Assembly (NCBI GenBank): GCA_021811565.1
Contig: JAJZOL010000147.1
Location: forward strand, 1 to 61,714
Source of the DNA: a bacterium
GTDB lineage: Bacteria > Armatimonadota > Chthonomonadetes > Chthonomonadales > CAJBBX01
Reading direction: 5' to 3'
Length of the DNA: 61,714 nucleotides
The notes below the pieces were generated by a model. That model did not search any database and was not told where the DNA came from. It was given only the letters and a program-made list of their open reading frames with translations. Positions within the stretch are counted from its first letter, which is position 1. Every line of letters begins with the position of its first letter. The position numbers and the translations under genes are program-made. Positions 9,215 through 17,051 of this stretch are shown here, in pieces.

Positions 9215-10981
9215 TCAGCCATGAATCATTTTATTTTTTTGCAATTTGTACCGCCCCAGAGCTTCCAAAGTCCAAATAATAGGATACAACTTTTCCGAAT
9301 ACCAAAGGCTTGTGAAATAGAGGCCAATTGGCGCTGGATTTTCGTAGGCACGAGTACGGCAACCTCTCAGCAAAAAATCAACGCCTCTCTCAGCCTCCTG
9401 GATATGGCCGCACGCCAAAAGAGCGATCACGGATAACGAAGTTTCCTCCATGGTGGAGAATATTCCTTTTCCGCCGCCCCATCCCCCATCATCGTTTTGA
9501 ACATCCAGAAGATAGTGAACTCCTTTATCCCTTTCCGGCTGCAGTTCATTCAGTTCTCCCAGCGCCAATAGGACTCGGCTCGCCCCCACCACTCTGTTCT
9601 CGCCATGCGGAGCGTACTGATTACCGAACCATAGTGGAACCCATGAGCCATCCTCGCATTGATTTTTTTTAAGCCATTCCAAACCTCTTCGAATGCTGTT
9701 TGACACATTCACATGGGATAACATCTTGGCATAAGGGGAGATGGCTCGCAAGGCGTGTGCGGTAATATCCGGACAACTTCGATCGAAAGGCAATCCGCTC
9801 CAGCCTTTGCAAAAGGTCGGCCATCCGCCATCGTCGTTTTGAAGTCGCAATAACCATTTCAACCCTGCCCATTCCCGCGCCTCTCCTTGAAGACGATAGA
9901 GCGCTATTAGCACAGCCGATGTATCGTCAGCGTCAGGAACACTACCCGGATGATGATTCCATCCCCACCCACCCGCATCCGCTCCCGTGTAGGGATGGCG
10001 AACGAGTTGTTGCCGCCCATAAAGCCATTCCTTAATGGCCAGGGGATCGATTCCCGGGGAAAATTCAATCCATTTGAATAAGCTCAAAATATGAGATGTG
10101 ATCCAAACGGAGAGGTTCGTATCTATCGGCCAACTTCCATCAGGACGCATGGACCAACGGAGAAATGCGAAACATTTTTTGGTGATGGGATGCTGAGGGT
10201 CAAAACGATTCGCCAGAGCCATCGCAACAAAGGAGGTTAAGGGAGTCGCATCAAGAAAACCACCATGGGCGGGCTGGATCTCCTCCAATTTCTCCATAAC
10301 CTTCGGAATGCACACCTGCCGCAAAGCTCCTGCAAACGGATTCGCAGTGGGGTTTCTTTGTTCCACCAACATTCCGATGGCGATCAATGCCGGGAGAGCG
10401 TAACTAACCACTCCTAGTTTCAGGAATTTAAACAAGCCCTGCGGAACTGCCGCCAGCTCGAAAGGCAGATCCGGCACGCACTTCCAATCCACCAATCCCG
10501 CAAGGGCGCAATTCATCAGTATCGGCGCTGAAAAAGTTCGATCCTCACTGTATAGCTCGAGAACGCCTTTTGCGACCTCACCGTTATGGTTGACCAAAGC
10601 CTTTTTCAACCATGCGTTCATCCCCTGCAATGCATTGGTAACGAGCAGGTGTTTCAAGTCCGCTATTTTTTTTTCATTCAGACGAATTGCGGCCTTCACG
10701 AGCAGAGTGGTGGAGAGATTTGAGGGACTGTCAGTGGTATCCCCCCATCCTCCATCCGGATTCTGATGGACCAAGAGCCATTCCAAACCTGCATGCAATC
10801 TTTCTTCATCCTCGGGTTCGTTTGAAAATGAGAGAGCGGAAAGAGCGGTTGCGTTGGATAAGGCTGACGAGGATAAACGCCCCTCCCAATGAGAACCCTC
10901 AATAATCTCCTTGGCGAGGATGCTCTTCAACTGCACAATCGCTTCATCAATTTCAGGGTTCAACAGGGAGTTCAGTGACAT
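9215..10981 (-). CDS. Squalene-hopene cyclase-like class II terpene cyclase
   Basis: DxDD motif PDADDT; QW repeats QNPDGGWG, QNDDGGWP, QCEDGSW, QNDDGGWG; DRSCPDITAH. Confidence 0.88.
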   Translation of the reverse strand: MSLNSLLNPEIDEAIVQLKSILAKEIIEGSHWEGRLSSSALSNATALSALSFSNEPEDEERLHAGLEWLLVHQNPDGGWGDTTDSPSNLSTTLLVKAAIRLNEKKIADLKHLLVTNALQGMNAWLKKALVNHNGEVAKGVLELYSEDRTFSAPILMNCALAGLVDWKCVPDLPFELAAVPQGLFKFLKLGVVSYALPALIAIGMLVEQRNPTANPFAGALRQVCIPKVMEKLEEIQPAHGGFLDATPLTSFVAMALANRFDPQHPITKKCFAFLRWSMRPDGSWPIDTNLSVWITSHILSLFKWIEFSPGIDPLAIKEWLYGRQQLVRHPYTGADAGGWGWNHHPGSVPDADDTSAVLIALYRLQGEAREWAGLKWLLRLQNDDGGWPTFCKGWSGLPFDRSCPDITAHALRAISPYAKMLSHVNVSNSIRRGLEWLKKNQCEDGSWVPLWFGNQYAPHGENRVVGASRVLLALGELNELQPERDKGVHYLLDVQNDDGGWGGGKGIFSTMEETSLSVIALLACGHIQEAERGVDFLLRGCRTRAYENPAPIGLYFTSLWYSEKLYPIIWTLEALGRYKLQKNKMIHG

Positions 10982-12546
10982 GATTTTCGCATCGGCGCCT
11001 TTTTGGATTCTTTCTCATCGGAAGCGGTTCCATATGAGGGGCTTTTCCGTGAGTGCAATCTCCTCATATTGAGCAAAAGACTCCACTCAAGCACCTGACC
11101 TCGCCCCATCCCTTGCATGAGCAACCTCTTCCCCAAACCAACGCCGGCTCCGGACTGATTGTCCCAATACATTTTGGGAGTCCAATAAAAATTCAGGTTG
11201 TAGCATCTCTTAATCAAATCCCAATGAGACCGACGCAGATCGTTCGGGTTCGGAGACCGTGAGCCATCCACGGGGGCGTAAAGAACCGGAAACACAGTGA
11301 CGCGCTCATTCGAAAGACGTTCCACCCATTCCATCGTCATTTGGATATCGTGTTCCGTCTCGTAAGGCAAACTAATAATAAGACTTACCAGAGGAAAGAA
11401 GCCTGCACATACAAGCCTGCGCACTTGATCCTCGGAAAATTCCGCCCAAGCGTCGGCTCCACCGCGTCCCATCTTGGCTCCGCCTCCGTTTTTCCTTAAT
11501 AGCGATCCACTGGCGGTTTCAACGCCAATATTCACCCATGGGTATTCATGCCGCTGCCCCCGCGTTAGCAATAGGCGTATTTGATGCAATTGGTCATCGG
11601 AATACTGAGACACGCTTAGCACATTGCAATGATCGAGTTGGATCAGCTTTAACCCCTCCACCTCCCTCACTTTTTCCAAGAGGCGTATGGGACTATCCGG
11701 ATTCACTTGCAAGCCGTTTGCGCCGTAACGAAAAAAATCCTCGCTAAGGATGGCGATGTTGGGTTTACCCGTCTCCACGTTCGTGCGAACGTCCTTGATA
11801 ATCGTCTCATGAGGCAGGTGTATCATCGCGGTTTTACGAATGGTGCAAAAGGCGCATCCCAAACCGCATCCTCGGCTTATCTCGACCACGCCCATGGTAC
11901 TCGGGTGTCGTATGGGTGGGATATTTTCGGCGGAAACCGATTCCCCTTCGATTATGGACGGGATTTCGTCTCCGGAAACAATCCTGTGAAAGATGGAGGA
12001 TACGTTTCCCTCTGCGTACCCCGTAACCAGATAGTCAATGGGAAGCTCCCGCGAGGCAATTCTCTCTCGCAACTGCCAAGCTCCGGGGCCTCCAAGCACC
12101 ACTTTCACATGGGGATATGCATTCTTCAATCGCCGAATATTCCCCATCAATTTGCGAAACATTCGATAAGGGTAAATGGAACCACCGGAGATGCCGCACA
12201 TGGTGGAGCTATTCATGCCAAATCCGGCAGGTTCACCGGAGGAGACTGCGATAATGGCTGTATCCTCTCCAACGAAATCCGGGAGAGAATCCGGATCAGC
12301 AACCACCACTTCCCCTTCGGTAAATCCGCCCGCGAGAAGAGCCGCCTCAATTCGTCTGAGACCAAGGGGGGCAAACTTCGCAACGCCGCCTTCCGAGGCA
12401 GGTCGTTTCATCAAAAGGTGCGTCATCAAAAAAGAGGGTGTGGTGGTCGTTTGACTGGCCGCTAGCATTCCGTCGAAAAGCAGATCGTAATCGGCTATAA
12501 GTGTGCGATCCGCAGTTAGCAGGATTCTGCAGCCCTTTCCATTCAA
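10972..12546 (-). CDS. B12-binding-like domain / radical SAM protein resembling the archaeal Grs/Gms family
   Basis: CxxxCxxC in EISRGCGLGCAFC; ILLTADRTL..DY, APLGLRRIEAAL, VVLGGPGAWQL, GVETAS, LPYETEHD. The radical SAM call is firm; the subfamily is from recalled motifs. Confidence 0.8.
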   Translation of the reverse strand: MNGKGCRILLTADRTLIADYDLLFDGMLAASQTTTTPSFLMTHLLMKRPASEGGVAKFAPLGLRRIEAALLAGGFTEGEVVVADPDSLPDFVGEDTAIIAVSSGEPAGFGMNSSTMCGISGGSIYPYRMFRKLMGNIRRLKNAYPHVKVVLGGPGAWQLRERIASRELPIDYLVTGYAEGNVSSIFHRIVSGDEIPSIIEGESVSAENIPPIRHPSTMGVVEISRGCGLGCAFCTIRKTAMIHLPHETIIKDVRTNVETGKPNIAILSEDFFRYGANGLQVNPDSPIRLLEKVREVEGLKLIQLDHCNVLSVSQYSDDQLHQIRLLLTRGQRHEYPWVNIGVETASGSLLRKNGGGAKMGRGGADAWAEFSEDQVRRLVCAGFFPLVSLIISLPYETEHDIQMTMEWVERLSNERVTVFPVLYAPVDGSRSPNPNDLRRSHWDLIKRCYNLNFYWTPKMYWDNQSGAGVGLGKRLLMQGMGRGQVLEWSLLLNMRRLHSRKSPSYGTASDEKESKKAPMRKSCH

Positions 12547-13370
12547 TTGCGTCTCCCATAAATTGAATCCACTTGATCTATTAGTGCGTCCAACTCGTCC
12601 ATCACGATATTTGATGTTGCAGGTTCAGGCTTACTGATACGAACAGGTCTGGTGCACTCCTCGCAAGTGGGTGCGCCCGGGGAAGGGATTAGGAACGGAC
12701 CCTCCTGACCGCATTTTGGACATTTGGCTTTCGTTCTGGTGTAGTACATATGCCTAGCTTGCCTGTCCGGTTGCATTAGCAATCCTGGCGCCCCGGCAAT
12801 TGCAGGATCCTTTGCATAGAGAGGAAAGATAATCGCCCCATTCGGACAGATGCGACTGCAAGCAGGACAGCCCGGCTTGCACAGATCCGGATTTGCAACT
12901 TGGACCACGCCGTTTTCGTCCGTCTCGTGAACACCAAACAGACAAAACTGCAGGCAGTTCAGGCAGTTTGTACATCTCGACCTGTCCACAACCGGATACC
13001 ATCGAACAAGCTGTCGGGTTTGCAACACATTAGGGTTGGCTGGCGTAACAGTGTTATCCTCGGGGAGTGCGCCCCATGCCGGATCAGAGGGGATATCCGA
13101 AAAATGATAGCAGATCAGAGATTGTCTCCCCACGTTGTGTTTACGCAATAACCACTCCGCAGGGCGGGGATGTAACCATGAGATGAATATAATATCCCCA
13201 TCCATTTTTGATAGCTCATCCCAAATGCAATCGTTTTCAGATACGTGATACAGATGCGGGGTCACGGTAACCGCCACTCCGAATTGTCCGGAGAGTTTGC
13301 GAATAAGTTGATTTTCCTGGGGGAGAGAATCCACTTCTCCGCTTCTGGACAGTATAATGTTAATTGACAT
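12543..13370 (-). CDS. Ferredoxin-domain protein (2x[4Fe-4S]) with C-terminal Cys pairs
   Basis: CTNCLNCLQFC and CKPGCPACSRICP, plus CPKC...CEEC. The stop overlaps the radical SAM start. Confidence 0.8.
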   Translation of the reverse strand: MSINIILSRSGEVDSLPQENQLIRKLSGQFGVAVTVTPHLYHVSENDCIWDELSKMDGDIIFISWLHPRPAEWLLRKHNVGRQSLICYHFSDIPSDPAWGALPEDNTVTPANPNVLQTRQLVRWYPVVDRSRCTNCLNCLQFCLFGVHETDENGVVQVANPDLCKPGCPACSRICPNGAIIFPLYAKDPAIAGAPGLLMQPDRQARHMYYTRTKAKCPKCGQEGPFLIPSPGAPTCEECTRPVRISKPEPATSNIVMDELDALIDQVDSIYGRRN

Positions 13371-13487
13371 ATCGCTTATGTCCTCTGAATGATGAGGAAT
13401 GAATCATGCCTCATATCGACATGGTTCAATGGAAAATAGGTAATTACATGGCAAAACAATCATTTTGGCAATTTGTCCTTTGCTTTT

Positions 13488-13496
13488 ATTATATCA
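13488..13496 (-). promoter_or_regulatory. Extended -10 promoter for the terpenoid arm
   Basis: TGATATAAT on the minus strand in the divergent intergenic region. Confidence 0.45.
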
Positions 13497-13564
13497 TTAA
13501 GACAGGAACCCTCGCCACGCGTGGAACATCTCCTAAGGGCCCAAGGCTTTACATCAACTAATAC

Positions 13565-15013
13565 ATGAAAAACAAGATCATCTCCTGGGGAGTGCCCATA
13601 GGCGTCACGCTGACTTGTGTCGCCATTCTTTTGGGTCTTATAATGCATGAACAGCGGATAAACAATTTCCCTGAACGCCCGCTAAACGTGGAGCCGGCAA
13701 AGACTATTCAAAAACAAAACGTGGCGCAAACCGCCGCTCCCACATCCTCGACTCCATCCACCACGGCGACAACGGCTCCAACTCAGCAATCATCCTATAA
13801 ATTCACCGGGGTGAATGTTGCGAATCTACCAGGCTCCTGGCCCTGCTTTCGCGGCCCAAACCACGATGATATCAGCCCGGAAAAAGTGGCGTTATCGTCT
13901 GACTGGCAAAAAAATCCTCCTCATCTCCTGTGGTCGATAAATTTAGGGGAGGGATACGCCTCGGCGGCAATTGAGCATGGCAAGGTCTATGTGCTGGATT
14001 ACGACGAAGCGCACCAGGAGGATGCCCTACGTTGTCTTTCCCTTGCAAACGGTCAGGAGATATGGCGGCAATCCTATCCCGATCCTATCAAGCGCAATCA
14101 CGGAATGAGCCGAACCATTCCGGCGGTTTCAGGAAAATACGTGGTTTCCCTCGGACCGCAATGCCACGTGTTATGCGCGGATGCCGACACGGGGAAAATA
14201 TTCTGGCAGATGGACTTGGTCAAACAGTTTGGAACCACTGTGCCGCAATGGTACGCGGGACAATGCCCCCTCATCGATGGGAATAATGTTATCCTCGCTC
14301 CGGCGGGAAATGTCCTGATGATCGCGGTGAACCTTGCGACAGGGAAAATCGTCTGGCGAACGCCGAATCCGATGGGATGGCAAATGACGCACTCCTCGAT
14401 CGCGAAAGCCACCTTCCATAATCAATCCATTTATGTCTATTGCGGCAGCGGTGGAGCGGTTGGCGTCTCGGCGAAGGATGGCTCCATACTCTGGCAAACG
14501 ACGGACTGGAAGGTGAGCACAGCCACCGTCCCCACTCCCATCTGCCTTCCCGATGGTCGTATCTTCTTCACGGGGGGATACGGTGCGGGCAGCGCGATGA
14601 TGCAAATGACCGAGCAGGGCGGCAAATTCTCAATCCAGACGCTTTATCGATTAACTCCCGACGTTTTCGGATCTGATCAGCAAACGCCTATTTTATACAA
14701 AGGTTATATTTACGGCGTGCGATCCGGTGGGGAGCTTGTCTGCCTTAATCTTAACGGGCAACCCCAATGGACCAGCGGAGCCACTCGACGTTTCGGGCTT
14801 GGACCCTATCTAATAGCCGACGGACTGATTTTTATCATGAATGATTCGGGAGTACTCACCATGGTGCAAGCCACGCCGACAGCTTATCACGAACTGGGAG
14901 ATATTCAAATCTTGAGCGGTCCGGATTCCTGGGGTCCAATGGCAATCGCGGGTGGCTTGCTAATCGCAAGGGACCTGAACAGAATGGTCTGCTTGGATAT
15001 GCGCTTACACTAA
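13565..15013 (+). CDS. Membrane-anchored PQQ-like (BamB-like) beta-propeller protein
   Basis: N-terminal TM, Thr/Pro linker, WPCFRGP, repeated A.TG..W blades, W.PMAIAGG.L..RD. Confidence 0.85.
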   Translation: MKNKIISWGVPIGVTLTCVAILLGLIMHEQRINNFPERPLNVEPAKTIQKQNVAQTAAPTSSTPSTTATTAPTQQSSYKFTGVNVANLPGSWPCFRGPNHDDISPEKVALSSDWQKNPPHLLWSINLGEGYASAAIEHGKVYVLDYDEAHQEDALRCLSLANGQEIWRQSYPDPIKRNHGMSRTIPAVSGKYVVSLGPQCHVLCADADTGKIFWQMDLVKQFGTTVPQWYAGQCPLIDGNNVILAPAGNVLMIAVNLATGKIVWRTPNPMGWQMTHSSIAKATFHNQSIYVYCGSGGAVGVSAKDGSILWQTTDWKVSTATVPTPICLPDGRIFFTGGYGAGSAMMQMTEQGGKFSIQTLYRLTPDVFGSDQQTPILYKGYIYGVRSGGELVCLNLNGQPQWTSGATRRFGLGPYLIADGLIFIMNDSGVLTMVQATPTAYHELGDIQILSGPDSWGPMAIAGGLLIARDLNRMVCLDMRLH

Positions 15014-15058
15014 GCAGCCGATTGAATTGCAATATAACTCGATAAATTATTTTTTTTC

Positions 15059-15086
15059 TTGACAATTTGAATTTTTCGAAGATAAT
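15059..15086 (+). promoter_or_regulatory. Candidate sigma70 promoter
   Basis: TTGACA-N16-GATAAT upstream of 15261. Confidence 0.45.
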
Positions 15087-15087
15087 A

Positions 15088-15176
15088 CAGGTAAATGCAA
15101 AATTCGAATTTCAAGTATTTCACCGAGAGTGAAAGGAGCAAAAGTGGCCTCATTTTCTGACTTTTGCATTTACCTA
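15088..15176 (+). mobile_element. MITE-like inverted-repeat element, copy A (89 bp)
   Basis: Perfect 14-bp inverted repeat AGGTAAATGCAAAA (15089-15102) / TTTTGCATTTACCT (15162-15175), flanked by AATA on both sides; homologous to 30306-30395. Confidence 0.65.
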
Positions 15177-15260
15177 AATAGATAGGACAATGATCAACGT
15201 ATCGCTCACACCTTGTTTCCGGGGTTTGGATGTGATGTTTTGCACATTCCGTGATAAGCC

Positions 15261-16208
15261 ATGAAATGGCGATTGATATTACTCGGCTTAGTTGCCATTC
15301 TCTTTGGATTATGGGGGATCGTCTTATGGAAAATCGCCCCCCAATCAACCACTGCTCTGGATTCATTCCAAGCCATAAGAAACGTCCCCGAAAAGTGGCT
15401 TACATGGAAGGAGGTCGCCTCTTACCCGTTGCCAGCCTCCGGAGTTAACGATATTGCGGTTGACGGAAAAGGAAGGATATACGCGGCATGCGACAAGGGC
15501 TTGCTGATCTTCACACGGAAGGCTCAGCAGCCAAATGTGGTTCCTACTCCCGAGCCTCCTATGTGCGTTGCACTGCAGGATGATAAAATATATATGGGCA
15601 TAAAAGATCATATTGAAGTCATCTCGCGATCCGCGAACCAAATCGTAAACTGGGCGCCGCCCGCGATCAATGCACAAATAATAAACATTGCAGTGAATAA
15701 ATCATACGTTTATGCAGCGGATGCAGGAAATAAGCTCGTATGGAAATATGATATTCGGGGAAACATTGTTGGAACGATTGGGCGCCCCGATCCCGCTAAA
15801 GATATCATGGGGTTCATATTACCCAGCCCGCACTTGGACATTGCGATCCAAAGAGATGGCAACCTGTACGTAAACAATCCCGGGCGCCATATGGTGGAGG
15901 CATTCACTCCGAATGGTAGATTGATTTCATCGTTCGGGGGGGGAGGGAACTCGATTAATAAGTTCTGCGGATGCTGCAACCCTATTCGTATCGCCTTGCT
16001 ACCATCCGGGGATATCGTAACTTCGGAAAAAGGGTTGCCGAGAGTGAAGGTGATCAAACCGAATGGATCATTGGATAGCGTGATTTTGGGTCCCAAGGCT
16101 TTTTCACAAAACACCGATGATATCCCTATTGCCACCGATGCGCAGGGAAACGTATATATCGCGAACAATTACACAAAGCAACTGAACGTATACGCCAGGG
16201 ATAATTGA
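15261..16208 (+). CDS. Membrane-anchored NHL-repeat beta-propeller with FCGCCNP motif
   Basis: N-terminal TM; DIAVD.KG.IY, YAADAGN, NNPGRHMVEAF blades; FCGCCNP. Confidence 0.8.
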   Translation: MKWRLILLGLVAILFGLWGIVLWKIAPQSTTALDSFQAIRNVPEKWLTWKEVASYPLPASGVNDIAVDGKGRIYAACDKGLLIFTRKAQQPNVVPTPEPPMCVALQDDKIYMGIKDHIEVISRSANQIVNWAPPAINAQIINIAVNKSYVYAADAGNKLVWKYDIRGNIVGTIGRPDPAKDIMGFILPSPHLDIAIQRDGNLYVNNPGRHMVEAFTPNGRLISSFGGGGNSINKFCGCCNPIRIALLPSGDIVTSEKGLPRVKVIKPNGSLDSVILGPKAFSQNTDDIPIATDAQGNVYIANNYTKQLNVYARDN

Positions 16209-16260
16209 CAGAGACACACATCTCCCGGCGGGACAAATATCTGAAAGATTTAGGCGCGAC

Positions 16261-16491
16261 ATGAATAATGATGTAAAAAACAGGCGGGAATTCCTTACGG
16301 GAATCATTCGCGGGGCGATGGCAACCGCCATGGTTGGAGGAATCGGAGCGATGGTTTTTCGCAAATCACGCGGATGCCCCGAACTTCCCATCTGCACGCA
16401 ATGCGGTTATTACGGCGATTGTGACCTTCCACGAGCCTTGGAAACTCGTCAAGCGGAAAGGATCAAAACAGATGGCCGCCACCGACAATAA
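16261..16491 (+). CDS. Small Tat-motif membrane protein with four Cys
   Basis: NRREFL, hydrophobic helix, then C-X5-C-X2-C-X5-C; fills the gap and overlaps the next start. Confidence 0.7.
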   Translation: MNNDVKNRREFLTGIIRGAMATAMVGGIGAMVFRKSRGCPELPICTQCGYYGDCDLPRALETRQAERIKTDGRHRQ

Positions 16492-17044
16492 GAAATCCAG
16501 ACGAGAGTTTATCGCTGATGGAATCCGGACAGGAGGGTTGATTATTGCTAGCGGAGCCATCGGAGCCCTTGCCGCCAGTTCGCATGCCGAAGACACGGTC
16601 TGGCAGATCGATCCCTATAAATGCACGAATTGCGGGCTTTGCGCCACATCCTGCGTTTTGGATCAATCGGCTGTCAAGTGCATGCACGCCTTCGCCATGT
16701 GCGGTTATTGCAATTTGTGCTCCGGAATGTTGCGTCCCGAAAGAGTGGGCAACACCATTGAAGCGGAAAACGTGCAATGCCCGACTTTCGCGATCCAACG
16801 ATCGTATGTCGAGAACCCGTATTTTCAGTATGTCATCGATGAAAACCTCTGTATTGGATGCGCGAAATGCTCCAAGGGATGCAATGCCTTCGGAAACGGT
16901 TCCCTGTTCATGCAGATTCGACATGATCGATGCCTGAACTGCAACCAGTGTTCCATAGCGGAAGTCTGTCCGGCGCAGGCGATTGTGCGAGTTCCCGCCA
17001 GCAAACCGTATCTGCTTAAATCCAAGATCAAACAGGACGGTTAA
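16472..17044 (+). CDS. Tat-exported polyferredoxin (NapG/MauM-like)
   Basis: Start re-assigned to ATG 16472. SRREFI Tat signal with SHA cleavage-like site; CTNCGLCATSC, CGYCNLC, CIGCAKCSKGC, CLNCNQC...CP. Confidence 0.82.
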   Translation: MAATDNKKSRREFIADGIRTGGLIIASGAIGALAASSHAEDTVWQIDPYKCTNCGLCATSCVLDQSAVKCMHAFAMCGYCNLCSGMLRPERVGNTIEAENVQCPTFAIQRSYVENPYFQYVIDENLCIGCAKCSKGCNAFGNGSLFMQIRHDRCLNCNQCSIAEVCPAQAIVRVPASKPYLLKSKIKQDG

Positions 17045-17051
17045 TCATTTC

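Noticed and set aside
6058-13370. Ordinary hopanoid (hpn) cluster
   Set aside because: No hpnC/D/E/G/H here, and the radical SAM motifs do not resemble HpnH/J/P/R as I know them.
13371-13564. Cobalamin riboswitch or sigma54 promoter in the divergent region
   Set aside because: No B12-box seen; TGGCA...TTGC has 13 nt between GG and GC instead of 10.
16334-16471. N-terminal extension of the polyferredoxin in the ORF track
   Set aside because: It overlaps the 76-aa microprotein, and ATG 16472 puts the Tat motif at the N-terminus.
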